Shown here piece after piece: positions 36,440-47,970 of a stretch of DNA of 64,000 nt (positions are counted from its first letter, which is position 1; each line of letters starts with the position of its first letter). This stretch comes from Macrostomum hystrix (lineage: Eukaryota > Animalia > Platyhelminthes), in the NCBI GenBank assembly GCA_950097015.1, contig CATNEN010000011.1, positions 3,038,001-3,102,000 of the forward strand, given 5' to 3'. Position numbers and translations under genes: made by a program. The notes under the pieces were generated by a model. That model saw nothing but the letters and a program-made list of their open reading frames with translations. It was not told where the DNA came from and did no database searches.

Positions 36440-37288
36440 TCAGAAATCCTCAAAATCCGCTCTTTTGAGATCCTCAAAATCAACTCTTTTGAAATCCTCA
36501 AAATCAACTCTTTTGAGATCCTCAAAATCAACTCTTTTGAGATCCTCAAAATCAACTCTTTTGAGATCCTCAAAATCAACTCTTTTGAGATCCTCAAAAT
36601 CAACTCTTTTGAGATCCTCAAAATCCACTCTTTTGAGATCCTCAAAATCCACTCTTTTGAGATCCTCAAAATCCACTCTTTTGAGATCCTCAAAATCAAC
36701 TCTTTTGAGATCCTCAAAATCAACTCTTTTGAGATCCTCAAAATCAACTCTTTTGAGATCCTCAAAATCAACTCTTTTGAGATCCTCAAAATCAACTCTT
36801 TTGAGATCCTCAAAATCAACTCTTTTGAGATCCTCAAAATCCACTCTTTTGAGATCCTCAAAATCCACTCTTTTGAGATCCTCAAAATCCACTCTTTTGA
36901 GATCCTCAAAATCAACTCTTTTGAGATCCTCAAAATCAACTCTTTTGAGATCCTCAAAATCCACTCTTTTGAGATCCTCAAAATCCACTCTTTTGAGATC
37001 CTCAAAATCCACTCTTTTGAGATCCTCAAAATCAACTCTTTTGAGATCCTCAAAATCCACTCTTTTGAGATCCTCAAAATCCACTCTTTTGAGATCCTCA
37101 AAATCAACTCTTTTGAGATCCTCAAAATCCACTCTTTTGAAATCCTCAACATCCGCTCTTTTGAGATCCTCAAAATCAACTCTTTTGAAATCCTCAAAAT
37201 CCACTCTTTTGAGATCCTCAAAATCAACTCTTTTGAGATCCTCAAAATCCACTCTTTTGAGATCCTCAAAATCAACTCTTTTGAAATC
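36440..37288. repeat. 24-bp minisatellite
   Basis: Unit GAGATCCTCAAAATC(A/C)ACTCTTTT, about 35 copies. Confidence 0.98.
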
Positions 37289-37344
37289 CTTAACATACAC
37301 TCTTTAGAAATTCTTCAAAGCCGTTCTTTAGAATTCCTTGAATT

Positions 37345-37737
37345 CCAATGAAGGTTCTATCCAGTCACACCCACCCCATCCACACCCACCCCATCCACAC
37401 CCACCCCATCCACACCCACCCATCCACACCCACCCCATCCACACCCACCCCATCCACACTCAACCCATCCACATCCACCCCATCCACACCCAACCCATCC
37501 AATGCAGTTTCAGTGCAGTCACACCCACCCCATCCACACCCACCCCATCCACAACCACCCCATCCACAACCACCCCATCCACAACCACCCCATCCACACC
37601 CACCCCATCCACACCCACCCCATCCACACCCACCCCATCCAATGCAGGTTCAGAGCAGTCACACCCACCCCATCCAATACAGGTTCACAGCAGTCACACC
37701 CACCCCATCCAATGCAGGTTCATAGCAGTCACGCAGC
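37345..37737. repeat. 15-bp/35-bp composite repeat that includes copies of the receptor exon-3 splice acceptor
   Basis: 15-bp unit CCACCCCATCCACAC interleaved with 35-bp units CCAAT(G/A)CAG|GTTCA.AGCAGTCAC. Confidence 0.92.
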
Positions 37738-38547
37738 CCATTAAGTACGCCAAGCACAAGAACTCGAAGCGAAGTCACGTGACCATCGCGGCCACCTGGC
37801 TTCTGTCTATCGGCATCGCTTTGCCCATCGGCTGCGGGCTCCAGAACATGCAGGGCCTTCGTTATCATGAGAAGTTCCGGCACGTGTGCACCTTTTTCAA
37901 TGGCGATTTTCTGATCTATTCCAGCCTTGGCAGCTTCTACATACCCTGCATTGTGATGATTGTGCTCTACTACAGAATCTTCACCGTCATCAGAGAGCGC
38001 GCCAATAAGGCCAACAAGGCCAAGAAGCTGCGCTCCCTGCCGAGTGAAAGCCGCATGACTGCCCCCAAGCAGCAGCAGCGCGGCTCCGATGCCAATCACG
38101 CTCAGCAGCTGCGACGTCCGCAGAGTTTGACACCCTCAGCCAGACGGTCGGCGCCGCTGATCACCGACAGCAGTCACGAATGCGCTGCCTGTCAGTCCGA
38201 TGGCGTCTGCCACGGTGACAAGCCGACTCCTCACACCTGCCAGCTCAGAAGCAAGGCAGCCACCCGCAGTCCCGTTGACTCGCTTCAGCACCAACTGACC
38301 GAGAGTCAGACCCTGGCTGGCCCCTCCAACTCTGACAACAACAGCGTGTGTGCTCAGAGTGAGAACAGTGGCAACAATGACAATAATTCCAATGCCGACA
38401 ATGCGACTAGCAAACGGCCCTCCACTCAGCAAAAGAAGCAGCAGCTGTTTCAACAGTTGAAACTACGCAAGAAGTCTACAAGCAAGGCGGACAGATCTGC
38501 GGCTAGGAGGGAGAAGAAGGCGACAAAGACTTTGGCCATTGTGCTGG
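37718..38547 (+). CDS. DRD2: D2-like dopamine receptor, coding exon 3 (ICL2, TM4, TM5, long ICL3, start of TM6)
   Basis: Acceptor ccaatgcag|G, phase 2. FIAVTQPIKY; TM5 FLIYSSLGSFYIPC with Ser5.42/5.43/5.46; REKKATKTLAIVLG. Donor G|gtgagt, phase 1. Confidence 0.92.
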
Positions 38548-38577
38548 GTGAGTTTGGGCTAATGAAAAAGTTGGGCG

Positions 38578-40210
38578 GTACACTCGCTCCACCCCAACGC
38601 CCTTAAAATTCACTTATCTCAGATTTACAGTCGCTCCACCCCAACGCCCTTAAGATTCTCTTCTCTCCGATGTACACTCTCTCACACAACCCCTTAAAAC
38701 TCTCTTCTCTCCAATGTACACTCGCTCCACCCCAACGCCCTTAAGATTCTCTTCTCTCCTATGTACACTCGCCCCCTTAAGATTCTCTTCTCTCCGATGT
38801 ACACTCGCTCACACAACCCCTTAAAACTCTCTTCTCTCCAATGTACACTCGCTCCACCCCAACGCCCTTAAGATTCTCTTCTCTCCTATGTACACTCGCC
38901 CCCTTAAGATTCTCTTCTCTCCGATGTACACTCGCTCCACCCCAACGCCCTTAAGATTCTCTTCTCTCCGATGTACACTCGCTCCACCCCAACGCCCTTA
39001 AGCTCTTCTCTCCGATGTACACTCGCTCCACCCCAACGCCCTTAAGATTCTCTTCTCTCCGATGTACACTCGCTCAAACCCAACGCCCTTAAGATTCTCT
39101 TCTCTCCGATGTACACTCGCTCCACCCCAACGCCCTTGAGATTCTCTTCTCTCCGATGTACACTCGCTCAAACCCAACGCCCTTAAAATTATATTCTCTC
39201 CAATGTACACTCTCTCACACAACCCCTTAAAACTCTCTTCTCTCCAATGTACACTCGCTCCACCCCAACGCCCTTAAGATTCTCTTCTCTCCTATGTACA
39301 CTCGCCCCCTTAAGATTCTCTTCTCTCCGATGTACACTCGCTCCACCCCAACGCCCTTAAGATTCTCTTCTCTCCGATGTACACTCGCTCCACCCCAACG
39401 CCCTTAAGATTATATTCTCTCCAATGTACACTCTCTCACACAACCCCTTAAAACTCTCTTCTCTCCAATGTACACTCGCTCCACCCCAACGCCCTTAAGA
39501 TTCTCTTCTCTCCTATGTACACTCGCCCCCTTAAGATTCTCTTCTCTCCGATGTACACTCGCTCAAACCCAACGCCCTTAAGATTCTCTTCTCTCCGATG
39601 TACACTCGCTCCACCCCAACGCCCTTGAGATTCTCTTCTCTCCGATGTACACTCGCTCAAACCCAACGCCCTTAAAATTATATTCTCTCCAATGTACACT
39701 CTCTCACACAACCCCTTAAAACTCTCTTCTCTCCAATGTACACTCGCTCCACCCCAACGCCCTTAAGATTCTCTTCTCTCCTATGTACACTCGCCCCCTT
39801 AAGATTCTCTTCTCTCCGATGTACACTCGCTCCACCCCAACGCCCTTAAGATTCTCTTCTCTCCGATGTACACTCGCTCCACCCCAACGCCCTTAAGATT
39901 ATATTCTCTCCAATGTACACTCTCTCACACAACCCCTTAAAACTCTCTTCTCTCCAATGTACACTCGCTCCACCCCAACGCCCTTAAGATTCTCTTCTCT
40001 CCTATGTACACTCGCCCCCTTAAGATTCTCTTCTCTCCGATGTACACTCGCTCCACCCCAACGCCCTTAAGATTCTCTTCTCTCCGATGTACACTCGCTC
40101 CACCCCAACGCCCTTAAGATTCTCTTCTCTCCGATGTACACTCGCTCCACCCCAACGCCCTTAAGATTATATTCTCTCCAATGTACACTCTCTCACACAA
40201 CCCCTTAAAA
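38578..40210. repeat. 47-bp minisatellite with ~36-bp variants (receptor intron 3)
   Basis: Unit TACACTCGCTCCACCCCAACGCCCTTAAGATTCTCTTCTCTCCGATG. Confidence 0.97.
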
Positions 40211-40272
40211 GTCTTGGCTCTCCAATGTACAAATGTACATATCCCTAGCCACAACCACCAAACTCTGTCCAG

Positions 40273-40505
40273 GTGTTTTCCTACTCTGCTGGCTTCCGTT
40301 CTTCATCACCAACCTGATGTGGGCCGCCTGCCTGAAGAATTTTGACAACCAGGACTCCCTAGGTGTGATCTGCCAGTATGACAGGCGCATCAACGTCTTC
40401 ATCGTGTGGTTGGGCTACGTCAACAGCTTCCTGAACCCGCTTATCTACACCATCTTCAATACGGAGTTTCGCAAGGCCTTCAAAAAGTTGCTTCACATTC
40501 AGTGA
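40273..40505 (+). CDS. DRD2: D2-like dopamine receptor, coding exon 4 (TM6-TM7, helix 8)
   Basis: Acceptor tgtccag|GT, phase 1. [13 protein letters not shown]...[29 protein letters not shown], with the short C-tail typical of D2-like receptors. Confidence 0.93.
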
Positions 40506-40956
40506 ACGGCCAGATTTTAATAACTACCCCAATGCACTTTAAGCACAATATTGTCTATCGTTGTTAAAATGCACGGAGTTAGCTGGGGATATTCGTATAT
40601 CAATGACTGCACTGATCATTTTCAATCATTTGCCATTGGTTGCCACAGTGTTAATAAATGGTCTATTATTTTTTGCAATTTCTGCACTGAGCACACTCCT
40701 AATTATACCTGTATCTGTATGATCTGTTTAGTTTATTAAATATTGTTTTGTTGCTGTCCCTGTTTGAAACATATATTCTAGATTTTTAGAATATTTCAAA
40801 TACAATCCAAGAATGCTAGACGCTTTGGCTGCTTGCAGCAATGTTTACTAAAGCGCGATTAGTCTGTCAGACAGCTCACAGCAACAGCTCACAGGATTGG
40901 CTTATAATACAAGCCGTTTGCGGTTTGAGCATCATTTTAACGAAGAACTCACTTCA

Positions 40957-41519
40957 GATAGAAGAGCTCAGATCTACTCAGATAGGAGAGCTCAGATCTA
41001 CTCAGATAGGAGAGCTCAGATCTACTCAGATAGGAGAGCTCAGATCTACTCAGATAGGAGAGCTCAGATCTACTCAGATAGGAGAGCTCAGATCTACTCA
41101 ACTCAGATAGGAGAGCTCAGATCTACTCAGATAGGAGAGCTCAGATCTACTCAGATAGGAGAGCTCAGATCTACTCAGATAGGAGAGCTCAGATCTACTC
41201 AGATAGGAGAGCTCAGATCTACTCAGATAGGAGAGCTCAGATCTACTCAGATAGGAGAGCTCAGATCTACTCAGATAGGAGAGCTCAGATCTACTCAACT
41301 CAGATAGGAGAGCTCAGATCTACTCAGATAGGAGAGCTCAGATCTACTCAGATAGGAGAGCTCAGATCTACTCAACTCAAAAAGTAGAGCTCAGATCTAC
41401 TCAACTCAGAAAGGAGAGCTCAGATCTACTCAACTCAGAAAGTAGATCTCAGATCTACTCAGAGAGGAGAGCTCAGATCTACTCAACTCAGAAAGGAGAG
41501 CTCAGATCTACTCAGATAA
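40957..41519. repeat. 24-bp minisatellite
   Basis: Unit GATAGGAGAGCTCAGATCTACTCA, containing the palindromes GAGCTC and AGATCT. Confidence 0.97.
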
Positions 41520-41996
41520 AACTCATAAACCAAACATTTTTTCGCGTTAGCTGTCAAAAATGAGAAATCGCATGGGAAATTCCTACTTGATTATTGCATC
41601 ACGCGAAAAGTTGCAAAGATTTTTTCATTGCCAAAAATCGCAAAATTAAATATCAGGAACACACTCGAACGTCAAGTTCGATCGTTTTCAGACATGAGAT
41701 TAGTCGTTGAATCAACTTTTGGCAGGAATATTTGATGAAGATGTCGGCCTACAATTCCCGAATGTCGTGTGCCAGATTGAGTGATTGCTATCAGACAAGT
41801 GAACTCTCGGACAGACAGGGAAAGTTTTAGCCCGAGTCGAACAGAATTTTTCGTGACAATCATATTTTCGAAAGGTAATAAACTTTTTAATCTAGAAATT
41901 TTCCTCATTGACTCTTGACTTCTTGTCAAATTGATTTTATCTGTCACGGCATTAACGGTGCAACTAAGTGTGTGACTTCTTCAATATATTTTCATA

Positions 41997-44146
41997 TCTA
42001 ATTCACCTGTTCCTAGATTAGACTAGTTCACCTGTTCCTAGATTAGACTAGTTCACCTGTTCCTAGATTAGACTAGTTCACCTGTTCCTAGATTAGACTA
42101 GTTCACCTGTTCCTAGATTAGACTAGTTCACCTGTTCCTAGATTAGACTAGTTCACCTGTTCCTAGATTAGACTAGTTCACCTGTTCCTAGATTAGACTA
42201 GTTCACCTGTTCCTAGATTAGACTAGTTCACCTGTTCCTAGATTAGACTAGTTCACCTGTTAGATACAGACTAGTTCAGCTGTTAGATACAGACCAGTTC
42301 ACTTGTTAGATACAGACTAGTTCACCTGTTAGATACAGACTAGTTCACATGTTAGATACAGACCAGTTCACTTGTTAGATACAGACTAGTTCACCTGTTA
42401 GATACAGACTAGTTCACCTGATAGATACAGACCAGTTCACCTGTTCCTAGATTAGACTAGTTCACCTGTTCCTAGATTAGACTAGTTCACCTGTTAGATA
42501 CAGACCAGTTCACTTGTTAGATACAGACTAGTTCACCTGATAGATACAGACCAGTTCACCTGTTCCTAGATTAGACTAGTTCACCTGTTCCTAGATTAGA
42601 CTAGTTCACCTGTTCCTAGATTAGACTAGTTCACCTGTTAGATACAGACCAGTTCACTTGTTAGATACAGACTAGTTCACCTGATAGATACAGACCAGTT
42701 CACCTGTTCCTAGATTAGACTAGTTCACCTGTTCCTAGATTAGACTAGTTCACCTGTTCCTAGATTAGACTAGTTCACCTGTTCCTAGATTAGACTAGTT
42801 CACCTGTTCCTAGATTAGACTAGTTCACCTGTTCCTAGATTAGACTAGTTCACCTGTTAGATACAGACCAATTCACTTGTTAGATACAGACTAGTTCACC
42901 TGTTAGATACAGACTAGTTCACCTGTTAGATACAGACCAGTTCACTTGTTAGATACAGACTAGTTCACCTGTTAGATACAGACTAGTTCACTTGTTAGAT
43001 ACAGACTAGTTCACCTGTTAGATACAGACTAGTTTACCCGTTAGATACAGACCAGTTCACTTGTTAGATACAGACTAGTTTACCAGTTAGATACAGACCA
43101 GTTCACTTGTTAGATACAGATTAATTCACCTGTTAGATACAGAACAGTTGACCTGTTAAATACAGACTGTTAGATACAGACTAGTTCACTTGTTAGATAC
43201 AGACTAGTTCAGCTGTTAGATACAGACTAGTTCACCTGTTAGATGATTAGTTCACTTGTTAGATACAGAGTAGTCACCTGTTAGATACAGACTGTTAGAT
43301 ACAGACTAGTTCACTTGTTAGATACAGACTAGTTGACCTGTTAGATACAGACTAGTTCACCTGATAGATACAGACTAGTTGACCTGTTAGATACAGACTA
43401 GTTCACTTGTTAGATACAGACTAGTTCACCTGATAGATACAGACTAGTTGACCTGTTAGATACAGACTGTTAGATACAGACTAGTTCACTTGTTAGATAC
43501 ATACTAGTTCACTTGTTAGATACAGACTAGTTCACCTGTTAGATACAGACTAGTTCACCTGATAGATACAGACCAGTTCACCTGTTAGATACAGACTAGT
43601 TCACCTGTTAGATACAGACTAGTTCACCTGTTAGATGCAGACTAGTTCACCTGTTAGATACAGACTAGTTCACCTGTTAGATACAGACTAGTTCACCTGA
43701 TAGATACAGACCAGTTCACCTGTTAGATACAGACCAGTTCACCTGTTAGATACAGACTAGTTCACCTGTTAGATGCAGACTAGTTCACCTGTTAGATACA
43801 GACTAGTTCACCTGATAGATACAGACCAGTTCACCTGTTAGATACAGAGTAGTTACCTGTTAGATACAGACTAGTTCACCTGTTAGATGATTAGTTCACT
43901 TGTTAGATACAGAGTAGTCACCTGTTAGATACAGACTGTTAGATACAGACTAGTTCACTTGTTAGATACAGACTAGTTGACCTGTTAGATACAGACTAGT
44001 TGACCTGTTAGATACAGACTAGTTCACCTGTTAGATACAGACTAGTTCACCTGTTAGATACAGACTAATTCACATGTTAGATACAGACTAGTTCACCTGA
44101 TAGATACAGACCAGTTCACCTGTTAGATACAGACTAGTTCACCTGT
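41997..44146. repeat. 25/23-bp satellite
   Basis: Units GACTAGTTCACCTGTTCCTAGATTA and GACTAGTTCACCTGTTAGATACA. Confidence 0.98.
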
Positions 44147-45240
44147 AGACAATATTTTCTGTCTAATCTTTGATTTTTACTATCAATCAAGCTGTTTTAT
44201 GATTTCGTTTTCAATCTCGATTAAATATAAAAGTGGCTAAAATATCTACTGAAAGTAGTCATAGAATAGTTTTTTCAAAGTCGCTCGTTTGCAGAGTTAA
44301 TTCCCGTAGATTCATTGTAGAAACATTAAATTAGCATTCTTTGGGTAGTATATATTTACAAGGAAGTATTACAATTTAGTTTACAACTTTCGATAACTTT
44401 CTACCTGGATCTACTACACAATCCCAGCCCACGGACCAGTTATGTATCAAACATAGTGATACACGCAAACTGATATATAAAAACCTGTTCGCCTGAAATA
44501 AATATAGTCAGACAAGTTTTCCACTGAACCAAAAACGGCAACTTTTTTCTTCTGATACAAACAGATGAAAACATTGTAGGTTTTGTCTTGCAGTTTCGCT
44601 ACATTCGACTGGGATGTGTTCTAAAACTGAAACTTTGTATTCAAAATTACGCATGTCTGGAGTTTCGCAAAATTTGTTTTAAAATTTCTCCTAGTTGTCT
44701 TTGAAATAGCAGAAACAGTTCTATAACAATAGTTTCTTGTATTTTACACAGCATGTAACTCGAAATAATTTTTATTATGAGTTACTCAGCAGTGACTTTG
44801 ATCAGTCTATCAATCTCCTAAACTCCCAAACCTCTCAAAATCCCTTAAAATTCACGATTCCCTAAATGTCAGAATTCATAAACTTCATAATTTCCAAACT
44901 TTATAATCCCTAACTAAAAAATCACCAGCTTTCAAAATCGTAAATAAAAAAATCGTTTTTTTCCCAATAGCTACTTAAAGTAGTTAAAAAGCTTTCTCCG
45001 CTAATATTCGCATGAACCGTAGACACTACAAGGCTAAGCAGAGTCGCAAAATATCCCAAATCTTCTCTTCCCCAACCTCTGCTGCAATGTCCAACATCGG
45101 GATCAGGCCATTACTTCTCATTGGCCGCAGGAGAGACTATATCCTCGACACACCCGATGCCAAATCCTATCAAATACAGCAAGCTTTCGAAATCCACTTC
45201 GCCAGACTAATCTGTTTGGAGAATATCAACAGCAGTGCGA

Positions 45241-45533
45241 ATGAGGATTAAGCAGCTAAATCCCGGCTTGTCGTCTGAGCAGCAGCAGGAGCAGCAGCAG
45301 CAGCAGCAGCAGCAGCGGCAGTTTCTGTCCCAAGCAATGCTTCAGAATTCTCAGAGGCAGCACCTGCACTACCAGCAGTTCTCTGCTTCCCAGCTAGTTT
45401 CCGGTTATCTTTCGGAAGCAGCAACAAGCGGTGTGCATCAGCAGCCTCCAGGGCAGAATTTCCTTCACATTCTGCCGCCACCGCCTCTGCTGACAGAGCA
45501 GCAGCAGCAGCAGCAGCAGCAGCTAACAGCGAT
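45241..45533 (+). CDS. C2H2 zinc-finger transcription factor, putative exon 1 (polyQ/Pro-rich); start uncertain
   Basis: MRIKQLNPG...polyQ...PPPP...polyQ. Donor GCGAT|gtaaat, phase 2, is compatible with acceptor 46238. An in-frame stop lies upstream at 45208-45210. Confidence 0.55.
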
Positions 45534-45619
45534 GTAAATCAGATTTGTAGAATTGTGTCTTTCAAAACCAACAGTATCTGAATTACGTATTGCAGAAGAA
45601 ATTGCAGTTCGAATAATTC

Positions 45620-46168
45620 AAGGAACCGCAGCAGGAACAGTAGAAGGAATCACATTTGAAAAGTTAGAAGAATCGCAGCAGAAGCAGGAGTAGTAGAAAT
45701 CGCAGCACGAATGGTGGAAAGAATCGCAGAAGGAACAATAGAAGGAATCGCAGCAGGAACAGTGGAAGGAATAGCAGCAGGAATGGTAGAAGGAATCGAA
45801 GTAGGAACGGTGGAAAGAATCGCAGCAGGAACAGTAGAAGGAATCGCAGCAGGAACAGTAGAAGGAATCGCAGCAGGAATAGTAGAAGGAATCGCAACAG
45901 GAACAGTAGAAGGAATCGCAGCAGGAACAGTAGAAGAAATCGCAGCAGGAACAGTAGAAGGAATCGCAATAGGAACAGTAGAAGGAATCGCAGCAGGAAC
46001 AGTAGAAGAAATCGCAACGGTAACTGTAGAAGGAATCGCAGCAGGAACAGTAGAAGGAATCGCAGCAGGAACAGTAGAAGGAATCGCAGCAGGAACAGTA
46101 GGAGTTAAAGCAGAAACAGCGGAACATTTGAAGGAATCGAAGCAGGAACAGTAGAAGGAATCGCAGTA
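45620..46168 (+). repeat. 24-bp minisatellite, arm A (zinc-finger intron 1)
   Basis: Unit GAAGGAATCGCAGCAGGAACAGTA, about 22 copies. Confidence 0.96.
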
Positions 46169-46237
46169 GAAATCGAAGCAATAATCGCATCGATCAATCC
46201 AAAGGAGTATTTATCAGTTTGTCCCACTAATTTGCAG

Positions 46238-46521
46238 CGGCTGCCCCACGAATCCCGGAGAGCTGCCCTGTCTATTGAGTCATCAGCCGTCCCAACAATC
46301 GCCAAATCCACCGTGCCATCTGTGTGGCAAGGATTTTCGACTTGAAAAAAATCGTCTTAAACACCTGACTAAAGCGCATGGAGTAACTGCTGCTGCTGCT
46401 GCTGTTGCTGCTGCGGTCAACACGACACGACACAAGTCCGAGTCCGTACTCAAGTGCAAACTGTGCTCGTATATCACAAAGCACTACAGCAATATGTACG
46501 TGCACATTAGAACTCACACCG
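46238..46521 (+). CDS. C2H2 zinc-finger transcription factor, exon 2 (fingers 1 and 2)
   Basis: Acceptor tttgcag|C, phase 2. CHLCGKDFRLEKNRLKHLTKAH, a poly-Ala spacer, then CKLCSYITKHYSNMYVHIRTHT. Donor ACCG|gtaaga, phase 1. Confidence 0.88.
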
Positions 46522-46554
46522 GTAAGAATTGAGTACCATTGGCTAATAAGTTCC

Positions 46555-47490
46555 ACTGTTCCTGCTGCGATTCCTTCTACTGTGCCTGCTGCGATTCCTT
46601 CTACTGTTCCTGCTGCGATTCCTTCTACTGTTCCTGCTGCGATTCCTTCTACTGTGCCTGCTGCGATTCCTTCTACTGTTCCTGCTGCGATTCCTTCTAC
46701 TGTGCCTGCTGCGATTCCTTCTACTGTTCCTGCTGCGATTCCTTCTTTTGTTCCTGCTGCGATTCCTTCTACTGTTCCTATTGCGATTCCTTCTACTGTT
46801 CCTGCTGCGATTCCTTCTACTGTTCCTATTGCGATTCATTCTACTGTGCCTGCTTCGATTCCTTCTACTGTTCCTGCTTCGATTCCTTCTACTGTTCCTA
46901 TTGCGATTCATTCTACTGTTCCTATTGCGATTCCTTCTACTGTTCCTGCTGCGATTCCTTCTACTGTTCCTATTGCGATTCATTCTACTGTGCCTGCTGC
47001 GATTCCTTCTACTGTTCCTGCTGCGATTCCTTCTACTGTTCCTATTGCGATTCATTCTACTGTGCCTGCTGCGATTCCTTCTACTGTTCCTGCTGCGATT
47101 CCTTCTACTGTTCCTATTGCGATTCATTCTACTGTGCCTGCTGCGATTCCTTCTACTGTTCCTGCTGCGATTCCTTCTACTGTTCCTGCTGCGATTCCTT
47201 CTACTGTTCCTGCTGCGATTCCTTCTACTGTTCCTGCTGCGATTCCTTCTACTGTTCCTGCTGCGATTCCTTCTACTGTTCCTGCTGCGATTCCTTCTAC
47301 TGTTCCTGCTGCGATTCCTTCTACTGTTCCTGCTGCGATTCCTTCTACTGTTCCTGCTGCGATTCCTTCCACCATTCCTGCTGTGATTCCTTCTACTGTT
47401 CCTGCTGCGATTCCTTCCACCATTCCTGCTGTGATTCCTTCTACTGTTCCTGCTGCGATTCCTTCAAATGTTCCGCTGTTTCTGCTTTAA
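46555..47490 (-). repeat. 24-bp minisatellite, arm B, inverted relative to arm A (zinc-finger intron 2)
   Basis: Unit TACTGTTCCTGCTGCGATTCCTTC is the exact reverse complement of the arm A unit; about 39 copies. Confidence 0.97.
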
Positions 47491-47970
47491 ATCCTTCTAC
47501 ATTTCCGATAAGTTATGAGTTAATTCTTGCTCAAAATATTGTGAGATTTCTGAAGCAGGATTTTTGGATATGCTGTAGCAGTATCGAATTTGAATGGCGT
47601 GCACCATGTGGGACTCACTGTATGTTTGTAAAATAGCTCGTACATAAAGAGAATTTACATCAGTTTCCTTACAAATTCACAAGTCAAAGAGATTTAGTGT
47701 CATACGACAAAAAGGATTCGATCTCAGAGTTTGAGTCTATCTACAAGATCGACTATTTAATGCTATTTGATACAACACCCCGCTTTTTATGTAGAATGCA
47801 CATTTGCAGAATAAATATTTGATAAAATTGTGAGCTTGAGGCAAAATCGACTGCTAAAACTAATTGCGCAATTCTAAGTAAGAAGGAAAAATCAAGAAAA
47901 ATGCTTTCGTGCGCGCGTCCGTTGAACAGCTAAAGTTGATTCAGAGCTTCTGCATAAAGGAAGGAAGAAA

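Noticed and set aside
36399-37307. ORFs of about 290-300 aa (RSSKSTLL, LRISKE, VDFEDLKR repeats)
   Set aside because: 24-bp tandem repeat with stop-free frames on both strands; intronic.
46405-47636. Mucin-like (AAIPSTVP) and Cys-rich metallothionein-like (CSCCDSFY) ORFs
   Set aside because: Alternative frames of the 24-bp arm B. The real exon ends at the canonical donor 46521 and splices into TGDKPY.
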